Below the pieces are notes generated by a model. That model made no database searches, was not told where the DNA came from, and saw only the letters and a program-made list of their open reading frames with translations. Shown here one piece after another: positions 17,090-26,941 of a DNA stretch of 64,000 bases. How positions within the stretch are numbered: the stretch's first letter is position 1; every line of letters starts with the position of its first letter. Both the position numbers and the translations under genes were made by a program. Origin of the DNA: an uncultured Desulfobacteraceae bacterium (GTDB lineage Bacteria > Desulfobacterota > Desulfobacteria > Desulfobacterales > 4572-123); assembly GCA_964418755.1 (NCBI GenBank), contig CAYQNS010000002.1, forward strand, positions 10,561 through 74,560, written 5' to 3'.

Positions 17090-17136
17090 AAAATACCTTC
17101 AGCCTAAATAACCTTCAACCTTCAGTCTAATCGAAA

Positions 17137-18540
17137 ATGGAACTTTCAAATCAAAAAATACTGGTTGTGGGTCTTGGCAGATCCGGTTTTGCAACGGCCT
17201 GTTTTGCCGCCCGGCAGGGGGCCCGGGTTACGGTGACGGATATGGCACCGGAAGAAAACCTGGCTGAACCTGCTGCCAAGCTGCGCGAAATGGGTGTTTA
17301 CCTGGAACTGGGAGAACACAAACCCGTGTCTTTTGAAACGGCCGACCAGATCGTTATCAGCCCCGGGGTGCCCCATACCATTGCCCCGATCAAACGAGCA
17401 CTGGCCTGCGGTGTACCTGTCGCCGGTGAGCTGGAATTTGCCGCACGTTTTGTCAGGGAGCCGGTGATTGCCATTACCGGAACCAACGGCAAAACCACCA
17501 CCACCGAATTGACCGGCCGGATGCTTGAAAGTTCCGGTTTCCAGGTTTTTACAGGGGGTAATATTGGTACCCCCCTGATTGCTTATGCGGATAATGGTTC
17601 AAACGCTCAGAGAATTGTACTGGAAGTCAGCAGCTTTCAATTGGACACGATTTGCACTTTTCGTCCTCAAATTGCCGTACTGCTGAACATCCATCCGGAC
17701 CACCTGGACCGTTACCCTGATTTTTCCGCCTACGCCGGATCAAAGTTCAGAATTTTTGAAAACCAGAAAAAATCAGACCTTGCGATCTTAAACGGATTTG
17801 ATCCGCTGATCGAAAAAATGGCCCAGGACATCAAAGGCCAAAAAACGTTTTTTGCAAATAAAAACAAGAAACAGATGGGGGCTCAAATACAAAAGGACGG
17901 AATTTTCATAGATGTCCACTGGGGTATGCCCGGGGCTGCAGATACACCGCAGACTGCCGGGGTTGCCTCCGGAGGCGGAATTTTTCTGGAACTTGCCGGC
18001 ATAAACATCTCCGAACCGCACAATTTGGAAAATATTGCCGCAGCATCTCTGGCGGCACTGGCGGCCGGCGCAACTGAAAAGGGCATCCGATCGGCCCTGC
18101 GCGGATTTAAGGGGCTGAGCCATCGAATGGAACATATCGCCACAATCAATGATGTCCGTTTTATTAACGACTCCAAGGCCACCAATGTGGATGCCGTAGC
18201 CAGAGCTCTTGAATGCTTTAACGCTCCGGTAATATTGATTATGGGCGGCCGCAACAAAGACAGTGATTTTTCGGTGCTTCGTTCTCTGGTTCGCCGGCAT
18301 GTAAAATATCTGATTCTCATGGGGGAAAGCGGCCGGAAAATAGCTGCTGCCCTGGCGGAAGATGGCGGCCAGGCCCCTGCGTTTGCTGCGGATATGCAGG
18401 CGGCGGTGTCCATGGCCGGCCAAAGGGCGGTTTCCGGAGATGTTGTTCTGTTATCCCCGGCCTGCGCCAGTTTTGATATGTTCAGCAGTTACGTTCAGCG
18501 GGGTGAGGTGTTCACTGCCGCGGTTAAACAATTAAAATGA
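17137..18540 (+). CDS. murD: UDP-N-acetylmuramoylalanine--D-glutamate ligase
   Basis: It has an N-terminal Rossmann motif (VVGLGRSG) and the P-loop ITGTNGKTTT. Confidence 0.95.
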   Translation: MELSNQKILVVGLGRSGFATACFAARQGARVTVTDMAPEENLAEPAAKLREMGVYLELGEHKPVSFETADQIVISPGVPHTIAPIKRALACGVPVAGELEFAARFVREPVIAITGTNGKTTTTELTGRMLESSGFQVFTGGNIGTPLIAYADNGSNAQRIVLEVSSFQLDTICTFRPQIAVLLNIHPDHLDRYPDFSAYAGSKFRIFENQKKSDLAILNGFDPLIEKMAQDIKGQKTFFANKNKKQMGAQIQKDGIFIDVHWGMPGAADTPQTAGVASGGGIFLELAGINISEPHNLENIAAASLAALAAGATEKGIRSALRGFKGLSHRMEHIATINDVRFINDSKATNVDAVARALECFNAPVILIMGGRNKDSDFSVLRSLVRRHVKYLILMGESGRKIAAALAEDGGQAPAFAADMQAAVSMAGQRAVSGDVVLLSPACASFDMFSSYVQRGEVFTAAVKQLK

Positions 18541-19670
18541 AAAAAGAAACGGGAAAAACAACAAAACATTTCCAGACGGCGGTTTATGATCTCAAGCTGC
18601 TTTTTCCCGTACTTTTTCTGGTTGGCATCGGTATTGTAATGATCTACAGCTCAAGTTCGGCCCTGGCTTTGGAAAAATATAAAACCGATTATTATTTTCT
18701 GGTCAAGCAGGGAATCTTTTCAGTGCTGGGTATCGTAGTGCTGGTATTTTGCCGGCATTTTCCGTACCGGTTTTATCGCTCACTGGTATACCCGATTCTG
18801 ATTTTGGCCTGGCTTTTACTGCTGGCTGTCCTGATTACGGATCTGGGACATTCTGCGGGGGGAGCCCTGCGGTGGCTGAGGCTTGGCTTTTTCAGCTTCC
18901 AGCCGTCTGAACTGGCCCGTTTTGCCCTGATTATTTACCTGGCTTATTCCATGAGTAAAAAGGGGGGCCAGTTAAAAGAGTTTTCCGTAGGATTTTTGCC
19001 CCACGTGCTGATATTGGGTGTTTTTACGGCACTGATCATGCTGCAGCCTGATTTCGGTTCCGCGGTGATGCTGGCAACCATCACCTGGATCATGCTTTTT
19101 TTGGGAGGGGTCCGGCTTTGGCACCTAGGATCGACATTGGTGATACTGCTGCCCATAGGCTATTTTGTAATGATCAATGCTCACTACCGGTTTGTCAGGC
19201 TCATGAGCTTCATGGATCCCTGGCAGTATCCCACCGATGCCGGTTACCAGATTATTCACAGCCTGATGGCATTCGGTACCGGGGGGCTATGGGGTACCGG
19301 CATCGGCAAGGGGTATCAAAAACTTTTTTATCTTCCCGAGCCCCATACCGATTTTATTTTTTCAGTCATCGGTGAGGAGCTTGGCCTGATCGGTGTCATT
19401 GCAATCATGGGGCTTTATATACTTATTTTCTGGAGGGGGCTCACAATAGCCAGGAGCACATCCGATACTTTCGGCATGTTTGTGGCCGCCGGACTCACGA
19501 TTTCCATCGGACTGCAGGTCTGCGTGAACATGGGAGTCACCCTGGGGCTTTTGCCCACCAAAGGGCTGAGCCTGCCTTTTTTAAGTTACGGCGGTTCATC
19601 TTTGCTGCTCAACATGGCGGCAATGGGTATATTGATGAATATAGGAGCACATAGTGGCAAACGGGCCTGA
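18537..19670 (+). CDS. ftsW: SEDS-family peptidoglycan glycosyltransferase FtsW
   Basis: The 377-aa polytopic protein contains FQPSE, LPEPHTDFIF and PLPFLSYGGSS motifs. Confidence 0.9.
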   Translation: MKKETGKTTKHFQTAVYDLKLLFPVLFLVGIGIVMIYSSSSALALEKYKTDYYFLVKQGIFSVLGIVVLVFCRHFPYRFYRSLVYPILILAWLLLLAVLITDLGHSAGGALRWLRLGFFSFQPSELARFALIIYLAYSMSKKGGQLKEFSVGFLPHVLILGVFTALIMLQPDFGSAVMLATITWIMLFLGGVRLWHLGSTLVILLPIGYFVMINAHYRFVRLMSFMDPWQYPTDAGYQIIHSLMAFGTGGLWGTGIGKGYQKLFYLPEPHTDFIFSVIGEELGLIGVIAIMGLYILIFWRGLTIARSTSDTFGMFVAAGLTISIGLQVCVNMGVTLGLLPTKGLSLPFLSYGGSSLLLNMAAMGILMNIGAHSGKRA

Positions 19671-20817
19671 ATTAAAAAACGGAAAAACAATTGCAGGGGG
19701 AAATGGCCCGGCAACCGAACTTCGTCCGCAAGGCCCTTTGAAAATATTGATCGCCGGGGGCGGCACCGGGGGCCATCTATTTCCGGGAATTGCCATTGCT
19801 CAAGCCTTTGAGGTGAAAAACCCGTGCAACCGTATTGTGTTTGTGAGCATCGGCAATGCCCTGGAGCAGTCAATACTGTCTAAAAAGGGTTTTGAGCTCA
19901 AACAGATCCGCGTCGAAGGTTTTAAGCAGCGGGGAGTTTTCAACCAGGCAAAGGCCCTGTTGAAAATTCCTCCTGGAATTTTTCAATCGATACGAATTAT
20001 TAAAAAATTCCGACCCGACCTGGTCATCGGCGTGGGCAGCTATGCCGCCGGACCGGTGGCGGCAGCGGCATGGCTTCTGGGCATAAAAATCGTGCTGCAC
20101 GAACAAAATATTCTACCCGGGCTGACCAATCGAATGCTTGCCGGGATAGCCGACCGGATCTATGTATCATTTAAAAACCCGCCGGCATTTTTCAGCCCCG
20201 CCAAAACAAGGATCACCGGCAATCCCGTCCGGAGTGAGATTCTGCATTCGGCAGGTCGGGGACGTGAAAAAAAGCAGGCATTTACGGTTCTGATCATCGG
20301 TGGCAGCCAGGGGGCCCACAGCATCAACATGGCTATAGCGGATGCATTGCAGCATATACCGGACAGGGATCGGTTTTTCTTTATCCATCAGACCGGCGCC
20401 AAGGATCTTGACAAGGTCACGCAGGCCTATCGGAAAAACCGCATGCCCGGAAAAATCCGAGCCTTTTTCAGCGATATGGCGCAGCCGTACAGCCTTGCCG
20501 ATCTGATCGTCTGCCGGGCAGGGGCCACCACCGTGGCGGAGGTCACGGCTCTCGGAAAAGCGGTGATTTTTATTCCCTTTCCGTTTGCCGCCGATAATCA
20601 CCAGGTATTAAACGCGCGTATTTTGAGTGATGGCGGGGCCGCCGAAACAATACTGGAAAATGATCTTGACGGCCGGCTTCTGGCGCAGCGAATCCGGTAT
20701 TATGAAGAGCACCCGCGGCAACTTGCCGGTATGGCCGGACGGGCTGCAGACTGGGGGCATCCCGACGCGGCCGAGGATATTGTTACGGATTGTTACCGAT
20801 TACTTGATAGAGGCTGA
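19654..20817 (+). CDS. murG: undecaprenyldiphospho-muramoylpentapeptide beta-N-acetylglucosaminyltransferase
   Basis: It has the GGGTGGHLFPG loop. The GTG start at 19654 gives a 35-aa leader before the loop, so TTG about 19738 (LKILIAGGG) is an alternative start. Confidence 0.9.
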   Translation: MANGPELKNGKTIAGGNGPATELRPQGPLKILIAGGGTGGHLFPGIAIAQAFEVKNPCNRIVFVSIGNALEQSILSKKGFELKQIRVEGFKQRGVFNQAKALLKIPPGIFQSIRIIKKFRPDLVIGVGSYAAGPVAAAAWLLGIKIVLHEQNILPGLTNRMLAGIADRIYVSFKNPPAFFSPAKTRITGNPVRSEILHSAGRGREKKQAFTVLIIGGSQGAHSINMAIADALQHIPDRDRFFFIHQTGAKDLDKVTQAYRKNRMPGKIRAFFSDMAQPYSLADLIVCRAGATTVAEVTALGKAVIFIPFPFAADNHQVLNARILSDGGAAETILENDLDGRLLAQRIRYYEEHPRQLAGMAGRAADWGHPDAAEDIVTDCYRLLDRG

Positions 20818-20903
20818 ATTTCCAATTTCACCGTTCCGTGAACGGATACAATAAACCATGCCCTTTGGAGTTGGATGGACACAAAGCAAAGGCAGAAAAT
20901 ATA

Positions 20904-22280
20904 ATGTATCAAAAAAAATATCATATCCACTTTGTAGGAATCGGCGGCATCGGCATGAGCGGTATTGCCGAACTGCTTTTAAACCTGGGTTACCAGGTTT
21001 CCGGTTCCGATTTAAAGTCATCGGATATCACACGCAACCTGCAATCCCTGGGCGGTATTTTCTTTGAAGGACATACTGGAGAACAGATCGCCGGTGCCGA
21101 TGTGGTGGTTACATCGTCGGCCATCAATTCCGAAAATCCGGAAATCAAGGCAGCCCACAGGGCATCCACACCGGTCATCCCCCGGGCCGAAATGCTGGCC
21201 GAACTAATGCGCCTGAAATACAGCATTGCCATTGCCGGGGCCCACGGTAAGACCTCCACTACTTCCCTGGTCTCCGCAATCCTGGAACGTGGCGGCCTGG
21301 ATCCCACAGTAGTGATCGGCGGCAAATTAAAAAGCATCGGTTCCAATGCACTCCTGGGCAAGGGAGAATTTATCGTTGCCGAAGCCGATGAAAGTGACGG
21401 ATCCTTTTTAAGATACTCTCCCAGCATAGCCGTGGTCACCAACATCGATCGCGAACATCTCGATTTTTACAAAGACCTGGACGAAATCAAACAGGTCTTT
21501 CTGGATTTTCTATACAGGGTTCCTTTTTATGGAGTGGCCATCCTTTGCCTGGACAACGAGCCCATTCAATGTCTGATTCCACAAATAAAAAAGCGATTTA
21601 CAACCTACGGTATGACCAGCCAGGCTGATTTCCAGGCCAAGAATGTCATATTCGATGGGCTCAAGACCCGCTTTACCCTTTATCACCAGAGCGAGGTGCT
21701 GGGGGATATTACATTAAATCTGCCAGGTACCCATAACGTGTATAACGCACTGGCCGGAATTGCCGTCGGGATTGAACTGAATATTCCCTTTGGCGTCATA
21801 AAGGAGGCTTTAGAAACGGTTGAAGGGGTTCAGCGCCGTCTGGAAGTGAAGGGCCGGATTCGTGATATCGTAGTTGTAGACGACTATGGTCATCATCCCA
21901 CGGAAATTAAAACCACCCTGCAGGCAGTCAAAAAAAGCTGGCCTGACCGACGCAAAGTAGTGGTATTTCAGCCGCACCGCCACACCCGGACCCGTGCCCT
22001 GTTTGATGAGTTCAGTCGCTGTTTTTATCAATCCGATCTGCTCATGGTGCTTCCCATATATGCAGCCGGCGAAAAAGAGATTGCGGGGATTGACAGCCGC
22101 AGCCTGGTTGAAGCCATTCGCCGGCATGGTCATAAGCAGGTACTGTCTGCTGATAGCTTTGAAGAGGCCGTTGAAAAACTGTATCCGATTCTCAACAAGG
22201 GAGATATCCTTCTTACGCTGGGGGCCGGAGACGTATGGAAAGTCGGCACAACCATACTGGATAAAATGGGGAAACATTGA
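20904..22280 (+). CDS. murC: UDP-N-acetylmuramate--L-alanine ligase
   Basis: MYQKKYHIHFVGIGGIGMSGIAELL is the typical MurC N-terminus, and the P-loop is IAGAHGKTSTT. The ORF-track start at 20838 was trimmed. Confidence 0.9.
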   Translation: MYQKKYHIHFVGIGGIGMSGIAELLLNLGYQVSGSDLKSSDITRNLQSLGGIFFEGHTGEQIAGADVVVTSSAINSENPEIKAAHRASTPVIPRAEMLAELMRLKYSIAIAGAHGKTSTTSLVSAILERGGLDPTVVIGGKLKSIGSNALLGKGEFIVAEADESDGSFLRYSPSIAVVTNIDREHLDFYKDLDEIKQVFLDFLYRVPFYGVAILCLDNEPIQCLIPQIKKRFTTYGMTSQADFQAKNVIFDGLKTRFTLYHQSEVLGDITLNLPGTHNVYNALAGIAVGIELNIPFGVIKEALETVEGVQRRLEVKGRIRDIVVVDDYGHHPTEIKTTLQAVKKSWPDRRKVVVFQPHRHTRTRALFDEFSRCFYQSDLLMVLPIYAAGEKEIAGIDSRSLVEAIRRHGHKQVLSADSFEEAVEKLYPILNKGDILLTLGAGDVWKVGTTILDKMGKH

Positions 22281-23218
22281 ACACAGAGACTCGCGAGTGG
22301 CTTACAGACCGTTTCGGCGGCAGTATCCGATTTGATGAACCCATGTCAAGGCATACTTCATTAAAAGTCGGGGGACCGGCAGATATCCTGGCGCACCCTG
22401 TAAACCTTGAAGATCTGGTTGAACTGATCAACGGCTGCAGAAAAAGAAACCTTCCATTGCTGGTCATGGGAGGCGGAACCAACACACTGGTAAAAGATTC
22501 GGGCATTCGGGGCATGGTTGTTGTACTGTCAAAAGGTTTTGATAAAATCAAACAAAAGAGTCCGGCAAACGGGCAAACGGTTATTACCGCCATGGCGGGG
22601 GCCAGGCTCGGCAGTCTTTGTGCATTTGCCGCCAGACAGGGGCTCAAGGGTTTGAATTTTGCTACAGGTATTCCCGGAAGCGTAGGCGGTGCAATTCTTA
22701 TGAACGCCGGAACGGCGTCCGGATGTATGGGCGATATTTTAACATCGCTCACAATACTTACTTCCAGAGGTAAAAAAATGACCTTTGGTCGGGACCGGCT
22801 TCGGTTTGATTATCGGAATCTATCCGGAATCACAGGCAGTGACGAAAACCTGGAATCAGCCGTCATTCTGGAAGGCAGTTTCGGATTGCAGCCCTTTGAC
22901 ATACACGTATTGCAGAAAAAGGCCCGTGCGCTAATGCGCGAGCGCATGAAAAAACAGCCGGTTGGTTTACCCGGGGCCGGATGCTTTTTTAAAAATCCCC
23001 GGACGGGAAAATCCGCCGGGCGACTCATGGAAGAGGCAGGGTTGAAGGGCAAACGCATCGGCGGGGCGCAAGTTTCGACGGTTCATGCCAACTTTATCGT
23101 CAACCGGGACAATGCATGTGCCGCCGACATTCTGGCATTGATGGAAAATGCTCAACAAACCGTATTTAAAAAATGTAACGTCAGGCTGCAGCCAGAGGTG
23201 AAGATTGTTGGGATATAA
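22277..23218 (+). CDS. murB: UDP-N-acetylenolpyruvoylglucosamine reductase
   Basis: It has an FAD-binding PCMH-type N-terminus (TSLKVGGPAD..., GGGTNTLV) and a C-terminal MurB domain. Confidence 0.9.
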   Translation: MNTETREWLTDRFGGSIRFDEPMSRHTSLKVGGPADILAHPVNLEDLVELINGCRKRNLPLLVMGGGTNTLVKDSGIRGMVVVLSKGFDKIKQKSPANGQTVITAMAGARLGSLCAFAARQGLKGLNFATGIPGSVGGAILMNAGTASGCMGDILTSLTILTSRGKKMTFGRDRLRFDYRNLSGITGSDENLESAVILEGSFGLQPFDIHVLQKKARALMRERMKKQPVGLPGAGCFFKNPRTGKSAGRLMEEAGLKGKRIGGAQVSTVHANFIVNRDNACAADILALMENAQQTVFKKCNVRLQPEVKIVGI

Positions 23219-24059
23219 GAAAAAGCCGAAAAACTACTACAAAAAAAAGAGCCGGCCACAAAAATATATTCCGTTATGGAAACGATTGACGTCCGGCTTG
23301 AAGGTATGCAGTGGCCTGATAGTTCTGGCAGCCATAAGCTCCCTTTTTGTACTCGGCTATGATCTGCTGACCCAGTGTGAATATTTCAGCGCCCGGGAAA
23401 TCAAAATTCAGGGGATACACCGGCTGGCCCGGGAACAGATCTGCAGCCAGGCACGGGTCCGTCCGGGTGTCAATATTCTGCATGTCAATCTTGCATTGAC
23501 CCGCAAAAGGCTTATCGCCCATCCCTGGATTGATGATGCCGAAGTCCGCCGGGAGCTGCCGGATGCCATTGTCATCCGCGTAACAGAGCATATTCCACTG
23601 GCTCTGCTGGATCTGGGACAGAAATTCCTGATCGATACCAACGGAGAAATATTTAAAAAATACAGACTTTCGGACCCTGCGAATCTGCCGATTGTCAACG
23701 GGTTGTCCTATTCCGATCTTAATGTTGCCGGCGTTCCCCGCAGCCCGGCCTACAGTGCGGTCATAGATGTACTGAAGCTTGGGATGGACCGGAAAAGCGC
23801 CGTGCCGAATCATCTGATCAAAAAAATCCAGGTGGATCGGGAAATGGGGCTGACACTGCTGGCCTTTGACCAAACGACATTCATCAAACTAGGCTATGAC
23901 AACTACCCGGACAAGTATGTCCGGTTGAAAAATGTATTGAGCTACCTTCGCAGGCAGCCGAATTTACCGGATATTCGGCAGATCGATCTTAACAATATCG
24001 ATCGTATCATTGTGAATACCAATATTATAGGAACAAGCGCCGACCACAAGGAGGTCTAA
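23205..24059 (+). CDS. ftsQ: cell division protein FtsQ
   Basis: It has a basic N-terminus, a single TM helix and a POTRA-like segment (I.I.G...). It sits before ftsA. Confidence 0.8.
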   Translation: MLGYKKKPKNYYKKKSRPQKYIPLWKRLTSGLKVCSGLIVLAAISSLFVLGYDLLTQCEYFSAREIKIQGIHRLAREQICSQARVRPGVNILHVNLALTRKRLIAHPWIDDAEVRRELPDAIVIRVTEHIPLALLDLGQKFLIDTNGEIFKKYRLSDPANLPIVNGLSYSDLNVAGVPRSPAYSAVIDVLKLGMDRKSAVPNHLIKKIQVDREMGLTLLAFDQTTFIKLGYDNYPDKYVRLKNVLSYLRRQPNLPDIRQIDLNNIDRIIVNTNIIGTSADHKEV

Positions 24060-24060
24060 G

Positions 24061-25287
24061 TTGCAGGGAAATGAAAATATAATTGTCGGTCTGGATATCG
24101 GAACAACCAAAATATGTGCCGTTGTCGGAGAAATATCCGGCAAGGAGATAAACATCATTGGTATCGGCACCCACCCTTCCATAGGACTGCGTAAAGGAGT
24201 GGTGGTTAATATCGAATCCACAGTGGATTCAATTAAAAAGGCGGTTGAAGAGGCCGAGCTCATGGCCGGTTGTGAAATATCCTCTGTATATGCCGGGATT
24301 GCCGGCGGTCATATCACGGGTTTTAACAGCCATGGCATCGTTGCCATCAAGGGAACTGAAATTATACAAAACGATGTGGAACGGGTGATTGATGCTGCCC
24401 GGGCTGTGGCAATTCCCATGGACCGTGAAGTAATCCATGTGCTCCCTCAAGAATTTATCGTGGATGACCAGGTCGGTATTCAGAATCCGGTGGGCATGGC
24501 CGGTGTTCGTCTGGAAGCCAAAATTCACATTGTTACCGGAGCTGTTACATCGGCCCATAACATCGTTAAATGCGCCAACCGCAGTGGCCTGGATGTTTGC
24601 GATATTGTTCTGGAATCGCTGGCTTCCGGGGAGGCGGTCCTCACTGAAGAGGAGAAAGAACTGGGGGTGGCACTCCTTGATCTGGGGGGTGGCACATCGG
24701 ATCTGGCTATTTTTTCAGACAAAAATATCAAGCATACCTTTGTGCTGGCGCTGGGCGGGAATAACCTGACCAATGATATTGCCATCGGGTTGAGAGCACC
24801 GCTGGCCGAAGCCGAAAAAATAAAGAAAAAATACGGCACGGCCCTGACCCGCGATATCAACGGAGAAGAAACCATCGAGGTGCCGGGTATGGGCGGGCGC
24901 AAACCCCGAAAACTGCCCCGCCAGATCCTGGGGGAAATTCTGGAACCCCGAATGGAGGAAATATACACCCTTGTTCGGCGAGAAATCTATCGGGCCGGGA
25001 TGGAAGATCTCATTACGTCCGGAATGGTTCTGACCGGTGGAACGGCTCTGCTTGAAAATGCCGGCGAAGTTGCTGAATCCATATTTAACGTACCCACCCG
25101 CCTGGGCCGACCAAGGGGCATCCGCGGGCTGGTGGATGTTGTCAATAACCCCATGTATGCCACGGGTGTAGGGCTGGTTCTATATGGCGCACGCCATCAA
25201 GTACGAAAAAAATTCAGAATTCGGGACAAAAATATTTTTAACCGGGTGATGACCCGTATGAAAAAATGGTTCCGGGATGTAATTTAA
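24061..25287 (+). CDS. ftsA: cell division protein FtsA
   Basis: It has the actin-like ATPase N-terminus VGLDIGTTKICAVVGE and a C-terminal amphipathic helix (MKKWFRDVI). The start is TTG. Confidence 0.95.
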   Translation: MQGNENIIVGLDIGTTKICAVVGEISGKEINIIGIGTHPSIGLRKGVVVNIESTVDSIKKAVEEAELMAGCEISSVYAGIAGGHITGFNSHGIVAIKGTEIIQNDVERVIDAARAVAIPMDREVIHVLPQEFIVDDQVGIQNPVGMAGVRLEAKIHIVTGAVTSAHNIVKCANRSGLDVCDIVLESLASGEAVLTEEEKELGVALLDLGGGTSDLAIFSDKNIKHTFVLALGGNNLTNDIAIGLRAPLAEAEKIKKKYGTALTRDINGEETIEVPGMGGRKPRKLPRQILGEILEPRMEEIYTLVRREIYRAGMEDLITSGMVLTGGTALLENAGEVAESIFNVPTRLGRPRGIRGLVDVVNNPMYATGVGLVLYGARHQVRKKFRIRDKNIFNRVMTRMKKWFRDVI

Positions 25288-25344
25288 ATGAACAGGTGTT
25301 TAACCCAAAATTATATATATTAACAACCAGAGAAAGGGGGGGAA

Positions 25345-26544
25345 ATGTTTACCTATATCGAAAATGAAAAATCAGCAAAGATAAAAGTGATCGGTGTTGG
25401 CGGGGCCGGTGGTAACGCCATAAACAACATGATCGAATCCCAGTTGAAGGGGGTAAAGTTCATCGTGGCCAACACCGATGCCCAGAGCCTTGAAACCTCC
25501 GAGGCACCGGTGAAGATTCAGATGGGAGAACGGTTGACCGAAGGGCTCGGGGCCGGTGCCAATCCACAGGTCGGCCGGGATGCGGCCCTTGAAAACGCGG
25601 ATGCTATCCAAAGCGCCCTGGAAGACAGCCATATGGTATTTATAACCGCAGGTTTCGGCGGCGGCACCGGTACCGGGGCCGCACCGGTTATTGCTGAGAT
25701 TGCCAAGGAGATGGGTGCCCTGACCGTGGCGGTGGTGAGCCGGCCGTTTTCATTCGAGGGTAAAAAGCGTGCCCGCCAGGCCGACGAAGGGATCGACGCC
25801 CTGAAAGAGGTGGCGGATACGGTCATCACGATTCCCAACGACCGCCTCAGGGGACTGGCCTCTAAAAGTGCAAAAATGATCGATATGTTCAAAAAAGCCG
25901 ACGAAGTCCTGCTGCACTCGGTAAAAGGTATCACCGATCTGATCATGATGCCCGGGCTGGTGAATCTCGACTTTGCCGATGTCCGGACCACCATGTCCAG
26001 AGCCGGTATGGCCATCATGGGCATCGGCATTGCCAGCGGTGAAAACCGGGCCGTGGAAGCTGCCGAACGGGCCATTTCTCATCCTCTCCTGGAAGATATT
26101 TCCATCTCGGGGGCCAAGGGTGTCCTGATGAACATCAGTTGTACCAGTGATCTGACCATGGAAGAGATGACCGAAGCCTCCGACAGAATCTACAAAGAGG
26201 TCGGCGATGATGCCGAAATTATCTGGGGAACGGTGATCGATGACAGCCTGGGAGATGAAATGCGGGTCACCGTTATTGCCACCGGCATCGGCAACGGTAT
26301 CGGCAACGGTGCAGGCAATTTTGCCCGTCCTGTCAAAATAGAGAAATTTGCACCGAGGGGCAAAATAAGAGATCTTACCCCGGCTGAAATGCAGGCGGCG
26401 ACCCACCTTGACGAGCCGACTTTCCTGCGGGAACAGAAAGCCGTGGGTGAATCATCAGGCGCCACTTATCGGGGCTATAAGGGGATTATAATCGACAATA
26501 ATGACCTTGATGTACCGACTTTTTTGAGAAGGAAAGCCGACTGA
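25345..26544 (+). CDS. ftsZ: cell division GTPase FtsZ
   Basis: It has the tubulin signature GGGTGTGAAPVIA and the conserved C-terminal peptide DLDVPTFLRRKAD. Confidence 0.97.
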   Translation: MFTYIENEKSAKIKVIGVGGAGGNAINNMIESQLKGVKFIVANTDAQSLETSEAPVKIQMGERLTEGLGAGANPQVGRDAALENADAIQSALEDSHMVFITAGFGGGTGTGAAPVIAEIAKEMGALTVAVVSRPFSFEGKKRARQADEGIDALKEVADTVITIPNDRLRGLASKSAKMIDMFKKADEVLLHSVKGITDLIMMPGLVNLDFADVRTTMSRAGMAIMGIGIASGENRAVEAAERAISHPLLEDISISGAKGVLMNISCTSDLTMEEMTEASDRIYKEVGDDAEIIWGTVIDDSLGDEMRVTVIATGIGNGIGNGAGNFARPVKIEKFAPRGKIRDLTPAEMQAATHLDEPTFLREQKAVGESSGATYRGYKGIIIDNNDLDVPTFLRRKAD

Positions 26545-26657
26545 TTGCTGCCGTGGATTCCAAAAGCCGGATATTTTCCGTATTGGATTGCAATTGCCGC
26601 CGGCAACTATCAGACACCATTTTTTCATTTAATATCACCTGAATACAGGAGGAATAA

Positions 26658-26849
26658 ATGAACAAACCAATACAAAAACGTGTATTATCAGGTAACGACA
26701 GACGTCTGCAGATTGAAAGAAGGCAGTTTAGCTATACACTGCATATCCCGGAGAGAAGATCAAAGGGTGAACGCAGGGGCCGGATTGCAGCAAACCATAT
26801 CATTCATTTTATCACAGCGGATACGCCGGAAAGTGTTCTGGCTGCCTGA
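26658..26849 (+). CDS. hypothetical small Arg-rich protein (63 aa)
   Basis: A strong SD (AGGAGG) lies 6 nt before the ATG. The product has repeated (D/E)RR motifs (NDRR, IERR, PERR, GERR). I recognise no homologous family. Confidence 0.45.
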   Translation: MNKPIQKRVLSGNDRRLQIERRQFSYTLHIPERRSKGERRGRIAANHIIHFITADTPESVLAA

Positions 26850-26941
26850 AGCAGGCGCCATGCGGACACCACCGGAGAACCGGTGTCGCGGACATTTCCG
26901 GGCAGGCCGAGGTTGAATTCAAGAAAAGAAATTATTGTCGG

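Noticed and set aside
22277-24059. Absence of ddl between murB and ftsQ as an anomaly.
   Set aside because: As I recall, many bacteria encode ddl outside the dcw cluster. A murC-murB-ftsQ order without ddl would then be a common arrangement rather than evidence of loss.
26680-26916. The alternative-frame 78-aa ORF overlapping the small Arg-rich ORF.
   Set aside because: It has no SD. It starts 22 nt inside the better-supported ORF, which has AGGAGG at ideal spacing.
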